From the NCBI GenBank assembly GCA_051878775.1, contig JBJEKT010000223.1, forward strand, positions 1,520 through 65,519: 64,000 bases of DNA, in the 5' to 3' direction. Below, piece by piece: positions 21,444 through 31,874 of this stretch (the first letter of the stretch is position 1; every line of letters starts with the position of its first letter). A program made the position numbers and the translations under genes. The notes beneath the pieces are model-generated. The model worked only from the letters and a program-made list of their open reading frames with translations, was not told where the DNA came from and searched no databases. Origin of the DNA: Bacteroides sp. GTDB taxonomy: Bacteria; Bacteroidota; Bacteroidia; Bacteroidales; Bacteroidaceae.

Positions 21444-22505
21444 ATGGACTTTAAAATAGCCGTGTTGGCCGGTGACGGTATCGGCCCCGAAATATCTGCC
21501 GTAGGTGTAGATGTAATGACCGCCGTATGTGAGAAGTTTGGACACAAGGTGAGCTATCAGTATGCCATCTGTGGCGCTCATGCCATTGATGAGGTGGGCG
21601 ATCCCTTTCCTGAAGCTACTTTTGAGGCGTGTAAGCAGGCAGATGCCGTGCTCTTCTCAGCTGTAGGTGACCCTAAGTTTGACAACAATCCCACTGCCAA
21701 GGTGCGTCCTGAACAGGGCCTGCTGGCCATGCGCAAGAAGTTGGGCTTGTTTGCCAACATCCGCCCCGTACAGACCTTCAAGTGCCTGCTCCACAAGTCG
21801 CCCCTGCGTGCTGAGCTGGTGGATGGAGCCGACTTCCTCTGTATCCGCGAACTGACCGGAGGTATGTACTTCGGCGAGAAGTATCAGGACAACGACAAGG
21901 CCTACGACACCAACATGTACACCCGTCCCGAGATTGAACGCATCCTGAAAGTGGGCTTTGAATACGCTATGAAGCGCAACAAGCACCTCACGGTGGTAGA
22001 TAAGGCCAACGTATTGGCCAGCAGTCGCCTGTGGCGTCAGATTGCCCAGGAGATGGCTCCCCAATATCCTGAGGTGAAGACCGACTACATGTATGTGGAT
22101 AATGCCGCCATGCGCATGATTCAAGAGCCTAAGTTCTTCGACGTGATGGTCACCGAGAATACGTTCGGCGATATCCTCACTGACGAAGGCTCCTGCATCA
22201 GCGGTTCGATGGGGCTGCTGCCTTCAGCCTCTACGGGTGAGAGCACGCCGGTGTTTGAACCTATCCACGGCTCCTGGCCACAGGCTAAGGGGCTGAACAT
22301 TGCCAACCCCTTGGCACAGATTCTTTCCGTGGCTATGCTCTTTGAGTACTTCGACCTCAAGGCCGAGGGTGCATTGGTGCGGCAGGCTGTGGATGCCTCG
22401 CTCGATGCCAACGTACGTACCCCCGAAATCCAAGTAGAGGGTGGCGAAAAGTATGGCACCAAGGAGGTGGGCGCATGGATTGTGGATTATATTCGCAAGG
22501 CATGA
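21444..22505 (+). CDS. leuB: 3-isopropylmalate dehydrogenase
   Basis: [37 protein letters not shown]. Confidence 0.97.
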   Translation: MDFKIAVLAGDGIGPEISAVGVDVMTAVCEKFGHKVSYQYAICGAHAIDEVGDPFPEATFEACKQADAVLFSAVGDPKFDNNPTAKVRPEQGLLAMRKKLGLFANIRPVQTFKCLLHKSPLRAELVDGADFLCIRELTGGMYFGEKYQDNDKAYDTNMYTRPEIERILKVGFEYAMKRNKHLTVVDKANVLASSRLWRQIAQEMAPQYPEVKTDYMYVDNAAMRMIQEPKFFDVMVTENTFGDILTDEGSCISGSMGLLPSASTGESTPVFEPIHGSWPQAKGLNIANPLAQILSVAMLFEYFDLKAEGALVRQAVDASLDANVRTPEIQVEGGEKYGTKEVGAWIVDYIRKA

Positions 22506-23377
22506 GCATGAGATATCACTTCAGACCAGGGTGGGGAGTGCGACTCCTCACTTTGGTCTGTTTTTTTATGCTCCAGGGGTATGCTTCCTCTGCCAGAGGG
22601 CAGAGCTACGACGAATGGGTGGAGCGGGCTATACAGGCTGTGGAGGCCGATAGCCTGGAAAGGGCGGTGGAGATGCTTCGGCAAGCCGTCAAGAGCGACC
22701 CAGCTCATGCTCATAATGTGTGGCTCTATACCAACATGGGCAGGCTGCAGGGGCAGTTGCAACACTTTGATGAGTCCGTGGAGAGCTATACCTTTGCGCT
22801 CAATGTGGCCCCCTATCATGTCCCGGCCCTGATGGGAAGGGCATCGGTCTATATGGAGATGGGAAGGTTGGAGCTGGCTCGGGTGGATTACTCGCTGGTG
22901 CTCGATATAGAGAAGGGGAATGAGGAGGCGCTCTTGATGAGGGCCTACATCTATAAAGTACAACGTCAATACAAATTTGCCAGGGCGGATTACGACCGTC
23001 TGCTGCAGCTTCATGCCGACCATTTCAATGCCCGGCTGGGGTTGGCGCTGCTCCTTCAGGCCGAAGGGGAGAGGGAACAGGCTATTCGCCTGCTCGATAT
23101 CCTGATTACCGAGGCCAAGGGCGATGTGGCACGTGCCACGTTGCTTTACCGGGCCCGGGCTGAGGTGGAGTGGGAGAGTGAACAGTATGATGCGGCTTTG
23201 GTGGATGTGGATCAGTCGCTCCAGCTCGACGCTGCGCAGGCAGAGGCTTATCTGCTCCGTGGACAGATTTACCTGGCTTTAGGCAAGAAGCTACAGGCCA
23301 AGCGTGACTTCAACCAGGCACAGGCCCTGGGCATCCCGCTCGCTCAGCTGAAGCCGTTGCTGGCCAGGTGCAGGTAA
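22502..23377 (+). CDS. Secreted TPR-repeat protein
   Basis: ATGA overlap with leuB stop; signal peptide; several TPR-like helical repeats. Confidence 0.8.
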   Translation: MSMRYHFRPGWGVRLLTLVCFFMLQGYASSARGQSYDEWVERAIQAVEADSLERAVEMLRQAVKSDPAHAHNVWLYTNMGRLQGQLQHFDESVESYTFALNVAPYHVPALMGRASVYMEMGRLELARVDYSLVLDIEKGNEEALLMRAYIYKVQRQYKFARADYDRLLQLHADHFNARLGLALLLQAEGEREQAIRLLDILITEAKGDVARATLLYRARAEVEWESEQYDAALVDVDQSLQLDAAQAEAYLLRGQIYLALGKKLQAKRDFNQAQALGIPLAQLKPLLARCR

Positions 23378-23409
23378 TCAGTCTCTCAGGGTAATCCAGC
23401 ATGTGATGC

Positions 23410-25257
23410 TTACTCCACGTACCGCTTGATGACCTTGGTGAATATCTCGCCATATTTCCGCTTCTTGTATTCGCCGATGCCGTTGATTTCGCCGAAGGCC
23501 TCGATGGTAGTGGGGCGATAGCTGCAGAGCAGGTGAAGCACTTTGTCGGACATGATGACGTAGGGAGGTACCAGCTCCTCTTCGGATAACTGACGCCGCA
23601 GGGCACGCAGCTCTTCAAACAGCTGCTCGCTCTCCTCCTTGTCAAGCAGGGGTGCGCCGGCAAAGAGATTGAGCCTACCTCTCTTCACCTTTTCCTCTCG
23701 TTTCTCCTTGGCTCCCCGCTTGCTGTTTATCTTCTCCGGCTTCTCTTCAGGGATGATTGTGGAGAGCTGGGCTGTGGCCCGGCCGTAGAGCACCTCGATG
23801 CCTGCAGGGGTAATCTTCAGATGATTGCCCTCGTCGTAGGCTATCTCGAAGTAGCCCAGCTGGAGCATCTGCAGCAGGTAGTCCTTCCAGTCGCGTGCAG
23901 GCACGTCACGACCTACGCCGAAGGTCTTCAGCTTGTCGTAACTGTGTGCCCTGATTTCGGCACTCATCGTGCCCTTGAGCAGGTCGATCAGGGTATGGAT
24001 GGAGATGTGCTGCTCACAGCGCATGATGCCGCTCAGGGCTTTCTGCACCAGGAGGGTGCCGTCAAAGCGCTGGGGGGGATTGAGGCAGATGTCGCAGTTG
24101 TGGCAGTCGTGCGGCAGGCTTTCGCTGAAGTAGTTGAGCAGGATCCGCCGCCGGCAGATGCTGGCTTCGGCGTATTCCTTCATGCGGTTGAGGCGCTCCT
24201 GATTGATTTCGGCTTGTCCGCTCTCCTCAGCAAACTTCTGGAGCACGATGAGGTCCTCCAGTGAATAGAAGAGGATGGTCTCGCTCGGCAGTCCATCGCG
24301 TCCGGCACGTCCTATCTCCTGGTAGAAGGACTCGATGCTCTTGGGCAGGTTGAAGTGGATGACCCAGCGTACGTTACTCTTGTCGATGCCCATGCCGAAG
24401 GCTATCGTGGCGCAGACCACCTGGATGCGGTCGTTGATGAAGTCGTCCTGTGTACGGTTGCGCTCTGCGGCACTCATGCCGGCATGGTAGTAGGTGGCGT
24501 TGATGCCTTTCTCCTGCAGCTTGGCTGCCAGCTTCTCCGTGTTGCTGCGGCTTTGGCAGTAGATGATGCCGCTGCTGAAGGGGCGCAGCTTGATGAACTC
24601 GGCAATGGCTTTGGTCTTCTCGTTCTTCGTCAGTCCGTGCCTCACGCTGAGGCTGAGGTTGGGTCGGTCGAACGAGGAGAGGAAGATGCGTGGCTCCTTG
24701 AGGTGGAGCTGCTTGACGATGTCCTCGCGGGTCACCTTGTCGGCCGTAGCGGTGAGGGCCACCATGGGTACATCGGGAAACTGCTCGCGGAGTATGCCGA
24801 GCTGGGTGTATTCAGGGCGGAAGTCGTGACCCCATTGCGAGATGCAGTGTGCCTCGTCGATGGCAAAGAGGTCGATGTGCATGTCGCGCAGCAGGCTGTC
24901 CACCTCCTGGAGCAGCCGTTCAGGTGAGATGTAGAGCAGCTTGATGCGTCCCTCGATGCACTCGCGGCGGATGATGGCGTTGCTGGTCTCGTCGTTGTTG
25001 CTGTTGAGTGCAGCGGCAGGGATGTTGTTGGAGCGGAGCGCCTCCACCTGGTCACGCATGAGCGAGATGAGGGGTGACACCACCAGGGTGGTCCCCTTGC
25101 TCATCAGGGCCGGCAGTTGGTAGCACATCGACTTACCTCCTCCCGTAGGCATCAGGATGAGTGCATCCCTGCGGGAGAGGACATGTGCTATAATCTCTTT
25201 CTGCATCGGACGAAACTGGTCGTAGCCGAAATATCTTTTCAGGACTTGCTGCATCAT
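23410..25257 (-). CDS. recQ: ATP-dependent DNA helicase RecQ
   Basis: MPTGGGKS, DEAHCISQWGHDFRP, ATIAFGMGIDK, QEIGRAGRDG, Zn/RQC and HRDC domains. Confidence 0.96.
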   Translation of the reverse strand: MMQQVLKRYFGYDQFRPMQKEIIAHVLSRRDALILMPTGGGKSMCYQLPALMSKGTTLVVSPLISLMRDQVEALRSNNIPAAALNSNNDETSNAIIRRECIEGRIKLLYISPERLLQEVDSLLRDMHIDLFAIDEAHCISQWGHDFRPEYTQLGILREQFPDVPMVALTATADKVTREDIVKQLHLKEPRIFLSSFDRPNLSLSVRHGLTKNEKTKAIAEFIKLRPFSSGIIYCQSRSNTEKLAAKLQEKGINATYYHAGMSAAERNRTQDDFINDRIQVVCATIAFGMGIDKSNVRWVIHFNLPKSIESFYQEIGRAGRDGLPSETILFYSLEDLIVLQKFAEESGQAEINQERLNRMKEYAEASICRRRILLNYFSESLPHDCHNCDICLNPPQRFDGTLLVQKALSGIMRCEQHISIHTLIDLLKGTMSAEIRAHSYDKLKTFGVGRDVPARDWKDYLLQMLQLGYFEIAYDEGNHLKITPAGIEVLYGRATAQLSTIIPEEKPEKINSKRGAKEKREEKVKRGRLNLFAGAPLLDKEESEQLFEELRALRRQLSEEELVPPYVIMSDKVLHLLCSYRPTTIEAFGEINGIGEYKKRKYGEIFTKVIKRYVE

Positions 25258-25488
25258 ACGCGGTAGGGTAATAAAACGGCTGCAAAGGTAGGGAATAATG
25301 ATATAATAGTTGTTAAAATCGCTTTTCTTTTCTTCAAAATAACTTCATCTTGGCAAAAATCGCCTTTTTTTGTTCAATAAAGCAGGGAAATAGTTGTGTA
25401 ATTAAAAAAAAAGTCAGACATTTGTGAGGCCCATTCGGGTGAATGGGGCGAATGATTTTTATTAAATTATCCCTAACCAGTTAAATCT

Positions 25489-25953
25489 ATGAGTGATATA
25501 GAAGAAAAAAACCAGGGTGAGGAATCAAAGAAGAGACCTTACAATTTGCGTGAGAAAAAGAATAAGGATGCGGCTTATCGTTCGCTGATTCGTCCGGAGC
25601 TGGCAGACGAGCTGTATGACAAAATTATGGAGATTGTCGTTATTCAGAAACGGTATCGTGACGCCACCTTCTCTGCCAAGGAGCTGGCCGCCGAGCTGAA
25701 GACCAATACCCGCTACCTGTCGGCCGTGGTCAACTCACGCTTTGGCATGAACTACTCTTGCCTGCTCAACGAGTACCGTGTCAAGGAGGCCCAGCACCTG
25801 CTTACCGATAAGCGCTACGCTGACAAGACGGTGGAGGAGATCAGTACGATGGTGGGATTTGCCAACCGTCAGTCGTTCTACGCAGCGTTCTACAAGAACC
25901 TGGGCGAGACACCCAACGGCTATCGCAAGCGCTTTGCGGAGAAGAAGAAATAA
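25489..25953 (+). CDS. Single-domain AraC-family transcriptional regulator
   Basis: LAAELKTNTRYLS...VGFANRQSFYAAFYK...GETP. Confidence 0.9.
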   Translation: MSDIEEKNQGEESKKRPYNLREKKNKDAAYRSLIRPELADELYDKIMEIVVIQKRYRDATFSAKELAAELKTNTRYLSAVVNSRFGMNYSCLLNEYRVKEAQHLLTDKRYADKTVEEISTMVGFANRQSFYAAFYKNLGETPNGYRKRFAEKKK

Positions 25954-26063
25954 CCGGGAAGTCACCCTACACATATTGTGCATTGGAATACTGCAAGCTG
26001 CGGACGCATTTGGGCTGCAGCATGCAGTATTTTGCCGTTAGGACATTACGTTGTTATCCGGCG

Positions 26064-26173
26064 TATCATGGCGTTGAAAACTGCTTATCATCGGGATGAA
26101 AATAGCTTTTCATTGTGATGAAAATAGTATATCACTGTGATGAAAATAGTTTATCACCTTGCTGAAAAACGTT
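26064..26173. repeat. Five degenerate 22-bp tandem repeats (TATCACTGTGATGAAAATAGTT-like)
   Basis: Units start at 26064, 26086, 26108, 26130 and 26152. Confidence 0.75.
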
Positions 26174-26226
26174 GGTGCAATGCATATGTATCCGCTATTC
26201 CTTAATATATAGTATGTGATTACATC

Positions 26227-28278
26227 ATGAAGAGTTCAATAGCATCATGGGTTGCTGCCTGCGCGCTGTGTGTGGCATGTGGTGGCAACGTCAACAACGC
26301 CTCCTCTGAGGCAGAAAAATTTGATTATAACGTGGAACAGTTTGCCGATTTACAGATACTCCGTTACCGGGTACCTGGGTTTGAATCCCTCTCGCTCCAG
26401 CAGAAGGAGCTAGTCTATTATCTCACCGAAGCAGCCCTGCAGGGGCGTGATATCCTTTTTGACCAGAATGGTAAGTACAACCTCCGCATACGCAAGCTGC
26501 TTGAGGCGGTCTATACGGGTTATGAGGGTGACAGGACATCGGCCCCGTTCAAGGCCCTGGAGGTCTATCTGAAGCGTGTATGGTTCTCTAACGGCATCCA
26601 TCACCACTACGGTTGCGAGAAGTTCGCTCCCGGCTTTACCCCCGAGTTCCTGCGCGAGGCGTTGGCCGGCATTGACCCGTCAGCACTTCCCCTGGCCGAA
26701 GGAGAGCCGGTGGAGCAGCTCTGCCAGGAGCTCTTCCCCGTCATCTTCGATCCGTCGGTGATGCCTAAGCGTGTCAACCAGGCCGATGGCGAAGACCTGG
26801 TGCTCACCTCAGCTTGCAATTACTACGAGGGCGTGACCCAGGCTGAGGCAGAAGCCTATTACGGGGCCATGAAGGATCCCAATGATGCCACTCCCATCTC
26901 CTATGGTCTCAACTCCCGTCTGGTGAAGGAAGAGGGCCAGGTGAAGGAGAAGGTATGGAAGGTGGGTGGCCTCTACGGTGAGGCACTCGCCAAGATTGTC
27001 TATTGGCTGGAGAAGGCGGAGAGCGTGGCAGAGACACCCGAGCAGAAGGAGGTCATCGAGAAGCTCATTGCCTTCTATCAGACGGGCGACCTGAAGACCT
27101 TCGATGAGTATGCCATCCTCTGGGTAAAGGACCTCAATTCGCGCATCGACTTTGTCAATGGCTTTACTGAAAGCTATGGCGACCCCCTGGGCATGAAGGC
27201 AAGCTGGGAGTCGCTCGTCAACTTCAAGGACCTGGAGGCCACGCGCCGCACGGAGCTCATCAGCTCCAATGCCCAGTGGTTTGAAGACCATTCGCCTGTC
27301 GATAAGCAGTTCAAGAAGGAAGAGGTGAAAGGTGTGACAGCCAAGGTAATCACTGCCGCCATCCTGGCTGGTGACCTCTATCCCGCCACGGCCATCGGCA
27401 TCAATCTGCCCAACGCCAACTGGATACGCAGCGTGCATGGCTCCAAGTCGGTGACCATTGGCAACATAACCGATGCCTACAACAAGGCCGCTCACGGCAA
27501 CGGCTTCAGCGAGGAGTTTGTAGCCAGCCCCGAAGAACTGCGACTGATAGATACCTATGGCGACCTCACGGGCAACCTGCATACCGACCTGCACGAATGC
27601 CTGGGTCACGGCTCTGGCAAGCTGCTCCCCGGCGTGGACCCCGATGCACTCAAGGCCTACGGTTCGACCATTGAGGAGGCGCGTGCCGACCTCTTCGGAC
27701 TCTACTACGTGGCTGATCCCAAGCTGGTGGAACTGGGTCTGACACCCAACGACGAGGCCTACAAGGCTGAATACTACACCTATCTGATGAACGGCCTCAT
27801 GACACAGCTGGTGCGTATCGAGCCGGGCAATCAGGTAGAAGAGGCTCACATGCGCAACCGTCAGCTCATTGCCCGCTGGGTCTATGAGCACGGAGAGGCT
27901 GACAAGGTGGTGGAGATGATACAGCGCGAAGGCAAGACCTACGTAGTGGTCAATGACTATGCCCGCTTGCGTACCCTCTTTGGCGAGCTTCTGGCCGAGG
28001 TACAACGCATCAAATCCACAGGCGACCTGGCCGCCGCACGCCACCTCGTGGAGACCTATGCCGTCAAGGTAGATCCCACGCTCCATGCCGAGGTGCTGGC
28101 CCGCTACAAGAAACTCAATCTGGCTCCTTACAAGGGCTTTGTCAATCCCCGCTACGAGGCCGTGACCGATGCACAGGGCAAAATAACCGATGTACGCGTG
28201 ACCTACGACGAAGGCTATGCCGAGCAGATGCTCCGCTACAGCCGCGACTACAGCACGTTGCCCTACGTCAACGAATGA
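26227..28278 (+). CDS. Dipeptidyl-peptidase III (peptidase M49), lipoprotein
   Basis: HECLGH and EEARAD zinc motifs; GINLPN; lipobox VAC. Confidence 0.92.
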   Translation: MKSSIASWVAACALCVACGGNVNNASSEAEKFDYNVEQFADLQILRYRVPGFESLSLQQKELVYYLTEAALQGRDILFDQNGKYNLRIRKLLEAVYTGYEGDRTSAPFKALEVYLKRVWFSNGIHHHYGCEKFAPGFTPEFLREALAGIDPSALPLAEGEPVEQLCQELFPVIFDPSVMPKRVNQADGEDLVLTSACNYYEGVTQAEAEAYYGAMKDPNDATPISYGLNSRLVKEEGQVKEKVWKVGGLYGEALAKIVYWLEKAESVAETPEQKEVIEKLIAFYQTGDLKTFDEYAILWVKDLNSRIDFVNGFTESYGDPLGMKASWESLVNFKDLEATRRTELISSNAQWFEDHSPVDKQFKKEEVKGVTAKVITAAILAGDLYPATAIGINLPNANWIRSVHGSKSVTIGNITDAYNKAAHGNGFSEEFVASPEELRLIDTYGDLTGNLHTDLHECLGHGSGKLLPGVDPDALKAYGSTIEEARADLFGLYYVADPKLVELGLTPNDEAYKAEYYTYLMNGLMTQLVRIEPGNQVEEAHMRNRQLIARWVYEHGEADKVVEMIQREGKTYVVVNDYARLRTLFGELLAEVQRIKSTGDLAAARHLVETYAVKVDPTLHAEVLARYKKLNLAPYKGFVNPRYEAVTDAQGKITDVRVTYDEGYAEQMLRYSRDYSTLPYVNE

Positions 28279-28348
28279 CCTCCTGTGGAGAGGGCTTTGC
28301 GTCAATCATTCATTGTTTTTTAAATAATCAATAATTAATAACTTACCC

Positions 28349-29053
28349 ATGGATACCCTAACTCCTGACCCGCAGGGCGGACAGCTTCACGAACAACTTA
28401 GAGCCGTCAAGCAGCAGCTCAGGCTTGCCATGAACGGTGTTGCCTCGCAGAGTATGCGTCAGAAGGGACTGCTCTACAAGATTAACTTCGGTGTAGAATT
28501 GCCTCGCCTCAAGCAGATAGCTGCCACCTTCCCCAAGGAGCACCACCTGGCTCAGGCTCTCTGGAAAGAAGAGATACGTGAATGCAAGATATTGGCCACG
28601 ATGCTTCAGCCCGTGGAGAGTTTCCTGCCCGAGATAGCTGATATCTGGGTGGAGCGCATCCCTACCCAGGAGATGGCCGAGATAGCCAGTATGTACCTCT
28701 TCCAGCATCTGCCCTATGCGCCGCAGAAGTCGCTGCAATGGATGGCCTCCGAGGATGAAATGACCCAGGCCTGCGGACTCCTCACCGCGGCCCGTCTGCT
28801 TCAGCAGAAGGGTGACCTCACCGAGCGTGTGGAGAACGAACTGCTTGACCAGGGGATAGCCGCTTTCTTGAGCGGTCCCTATGTGGTCAGGAGTGCTGCC
28901 TCGGCCCTGCTGCGCCGCTACATGCAGCACAGTGATGCCCATGCATTCACCCTCTGCCGGCGCGTGGAGTGCATGAAAAACTCCCCAAAAGAGGCCGAAC
29001 AACTGCTCTATCAGCTCGTGGCAAGCGAAGTTGACCCATTTTTTGCTAAATAA
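28349..29053 (+). CDS. DNA alkylation repair (AlkD-like HEAT) protein
   Basis: MNGVASQSMR..NFGVELPRL..LAQALW..RECKILA. Confidence 0.8.
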   Translation: MDTLTPDPQGGQLHEQLRAVKQQLRLAMNGVASQSMRQKGLLYKINFGVELPRLKQIAATFPKEHHLAQALWKEEIRECKILATMLQPVESFLPEIADIWVERIPTQEMAEIASMYLFQHLPYAPQKSLQWMASEDEMTQACGLLTAARLLQQKGDLTERVENELLDQGIAAFLSGPYVVRSAASALLRRYMQHSDAHAFTLCRRVECMKNSPKEAEQLLYQLVASEVDPFFAK

Positions 29054-29131
29054 AGAGAGTTTCTTTCTTGCATTCCACAAAAAACAATTAACTTTGTACG
29101 CTGTGAATTGCGAATAAGAATAATGCGTATT

Positions 29132-29620
29132 ATGGATAGTCAGAACATCAAGGAGACGGTACGGCAGATATTCACGGAATATCTGAACCTGCACAGGCAT
29201 CGCAAGACGCCTGAACGCTATGCTATACTTGATGCCATCTACTCCTTCGACTCCCATTTCGATATGGACACCCTCTACACCCGCATGGCTGAAGAGGAGA
29301 AGTTCCGTGTCAGTAGGGCTACGCTCTATAACACCATTCTGCTCCTGCTCGATGCCCACCTGGTGGTGAAGCATCAGTTCGGGGGCAGCTCGCAGTACGA
29401 GCGCTGCTATCTCAGCCACACCCATCACCACCAGATCTGCACCCAGTGCGGCAAGGTGGAGGAGGTGCAGGATGATGTCCTGCGCGAGCTGATTGAGCAG
29501 TCCAAGCTGAAGCAGTTCACCCTGTCGCATTATTCACTCTACCTCTACGGGCTGTGCGCCAAGTGCAACCGGGTCAATAAGCGAAAACTTAAAGATAATA
29601 TAAAGAAAAAAGAAAAATGA
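29132..29620 (+). CDS. fur: Fur family transcriptional repressor
   Basis: RKTPER, VSRATLYNT, HHHQICTQCG, CAKC. Confidence 0.88.
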   Translation: MDSQNIKETVRQIFTEYLNLHRHRKTPERYAILDAIYSFDSHFDMDTLYTRMAEEEKFRVSRATLYNTILLLLDAHLVVKHQFGGSSQYERCYLSHTHHHQICTQCGKVEEVQDDVLRELIEQSKLKQFTLSHYSLYLYGLCAKCNRVNKRKLKDNIKKKEK

Positions 29621-30885
29621 AAGTAGATGTTCTATTAGGATTGCAATGGGGCGATGAGGGCAAAGGCAAGGTAGTCGATGTCCTTACTCCGAAGTACGAT
29701 GTAGTAGCCCGTTTCCAGGGCGGACCCAACGCCGGCCATACGCTGGAGTTTGAGGGGCAGAAGTATGTACTCCGCTCCATTCCCTCAGGTATCTTCCAGG
29801 GGGATAAAGTGAATATCATAGGCAATGGCGTAGTGCTTGACCCGGCTCTTTTCAAGGCCGAAGCTGAGGCGCTCGAGGCATCTGGACATCAGCTGCAGGA
29901 GCGGCTTCACATCTCCAAGAAGGCGCACCTGATCATGCCTACCCACCGCGTGCTGGATGCCGCCTACGAGGCTGCCAAGGGCGATGCCAAGGTGGGCACC
30001 ACAGGCAAGGGCATCGGCCCGACCTATACCGACAAGGTGAGCCGCACCGGTCTGCGCGTGGGTGATATCCTCCACGACTTTGAGAAGAAGTATGCCGCAG
30101 CCAAGGCCCGCCATGAGCAGACGCTCCAGAGCCTGAACTACAGCTACGACCTCACGGAGGCTGAGAAGGCCTGGTTTGAGGGCATTGAGTACCTCAAGAA
30201 GTTCCACCTCACTGACAGTGAGCACGAGGTCAACAACCTGCTGTGCAGCGGCAAGAGTGTGCTCTGTGAAGGGGCTCAGGGCACCATGCTCGACGTAGAT
30301 TTCGGCTCGTATCCCTTCGTGACCTCCTCCAACACCATCTGTGCCGGTGCATGTACCGGCCTGGGTGTAGCTCCCAACAAGATTGGCGATGTGTATGGCA
30401 TCTTCAAGGCCTACTGCACGCGTGTAGGTGCTGGTCCGTTCCCCACGGAGCTGTTTGATGAGACGGGTGACAAGATCTGCACCTTGGGTCATGAGTTTGG
30501 TTCTGTCACGGGGCGTAAGCGCCGCTGTGGTTGGATTGACCTCGTGGCTCTGAAGTATGCCATCATGGTGGATGGCGTGACCAAACTCATCATGATGAAG
30601 AGCGACGTGCTCGACACCTTTGAGACCATAAAGGCCTGCGTGGCCTATCGTGTCAACGGCGAGGAGATAGACTACTTCCCCTTCGACATCAACGAGGGTG
30701 TGGAGCCGGTCTATGTGGAGCTCCCCGGTTGGCAGACGGACATGACCTCCATGCAGAGTGAGGATGAGTTCCCCGAGGAGTTCAATGCCTACCTCTCATT
30801 CCTGGAGGAGCAGCTCGGTGTGCCCATCAAGATTGTCTCCGTAGGTCCTGACCGTGCTCAGACCATCGAGCGCTACATCGATTAA
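29617..30885 (+). CDS. purA: Adenylosuccinate synthetase
   Basis: QWGDEGKGK, GGPNAGHT, EGAQG, TRVGAGPFPTE. Confidence 0.98.
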   Translation: MKVDVLLGLQWGDEGKGKVVDVLTPKYDVVARFQGGPNAGHTLEFEGQKYVLRSIPSGIFQGDKVNIIGNGVVLDPALFKAEAEALEASGHQLQERLHISKKAHLIMPTHRVLDAAYEAAKGDAKVGTTGKGIGPTYTDKVSRTGLRVGDILHDFEKKYAAAKARHEQTLQSLNYSYDLTEAEKAWFEGIEYLKKFHLTDSEHEVNNLLCSGKSVLCEGAQGTMLDVDFGSYPFVTSSNTICAGACTGLGVAPNKIGDVYGIFKAYCTRVGAGPFPTELFDETGDKICTLGHEFGSVTGRKRRCGWIDLVALKYAIMVDGVTKLIMMKSDVLDTFETIKACVAYRVNGEEIDYFPFDINEGVEPVYVELPGWQTDMTSMQSEDEFPEEFNAYLSFLEEQLGVPIKIVSVGPDRAQTIERYID

Positions 30886-31106
30886 CACCACGCAATGATG
30901 TGATTTATGAAGGCCACACTTCCTCCCATCGGTTCATCTGTTCATGTCCAGGGAGGAAGTGTGGCCTCTCCGTATATGACGCATTATGCCATAGGCCCAT
31001 GCCGGGTGAGCTTGGCAGATGCCACTTGCTATAACCTGGCCCACCTGCTGGCCCTCTCGTTTGCTCCTTTCGTGGAGAAGGAGGCTGTTACGGATGAGCC
31101 GTTCTG

Positions 31107-31862
31107 TTAGTCTCTATCCCTCAAGACGGGGAATTTCTGCCGGAAGGTGCTGAGTTTCTCCAAATCCAGTGTACAGGTGATGAGTGACTCTTCACCGTCA
31201 GGACAAGCCTGTAGCGTATGTCCATAGGCATCGACGAAGCAGGTGCCTCCATTGTATTCGCAAGCGGGGTCATGACCTATGCGGTTGACGCCGCATACGT
31301 ATGCCTGATTTTCAATGGCACGTGCGCGCAGCAGCAGGTCCCACGGTTCGCGGCGGGAGGTGGGCCAAGAGGCTACATAGAGGGCTACGTCATACGATGA
31401 TGCCCCCTCAGCAGCATTACGCGCAAAGATAGGGAAGCGCAGGTCATAGCACACCTGCAGCAGGAAGCGAACACCACGCCACGTTACGATGACCTTCTCT
31501 TGCCCGGCGGTGTAACGCAGCTGTTCACCCCCGTAGGTGAAGAGGTGATGCTTGTCGTAGTGAGCCACCTCGCCCGAAGGTTTTACAAAGTAGAACCGGT
31601 TATAGTACCGTCCCTCTTCTTCGGTAGCGATACTGCCGGCTATGGCTGCATCCAGCTGTTTGGCCATCTGCATCATCCAGCGGAGCGATGCCCCGTCGGG
31701 TTCAGCTACCCCTTCCGGCTGGGTCACGAAACCTGTACTCCACATCTCGGGCAAGACGTAGAGGTCACTCTTGGGGGCTGCTGCCAACCGATGTGCCACA
31801 GCTTGCTGATTGGCGGCAGGATTACCCCATACGATATCTTGTTGTAATAAGGTGATAGTCAT
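31107..31862 (-). CDS. Carbon-nitrogen hydrolase (omega-amidase/YafV-like)
   Basis: Catalytic E-K-C in LPEMW, YDKHHLF, VCYDLRFP. Confidence 0.88.
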   Translation of the reverse strand: MTITLLQQDIVWGNPAANQQAVAHRLAAAPKSDLYVLPEMWSTGFVTQPEGVAEPDGASLRWMMQMAKQLDAAIAGSIATEEEGRYYNRFYFVKPSGEVAHYDKHHLFTYGGEQLRYTAGQEKVIVTWRGVRFLLQVCYDLRFPIFARNAAEGASSYDVALYVASWPTSRREPWDLLLRARAIENQAYVCGVNRIGHDPACEYNGGTCFVDAYGHTLQACPDGEESLITCTLDLEKLSTFRQKFPVLRDRD

Positions 31863-31874
31863 GATATAGAAAGT

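Noticed and set aside
26064-26173. Possible CRISPR array (also 38616-38703 and 10391-10496)
   Set aside because: Units are contiguous or too short, there are no 30-40 bp unique spacers, and no cas genes are present.
30907-31110. 67-aa ORF after purA
   Set aside because: It overlaps a hairpin region between convergent genes and has no recognisable features.
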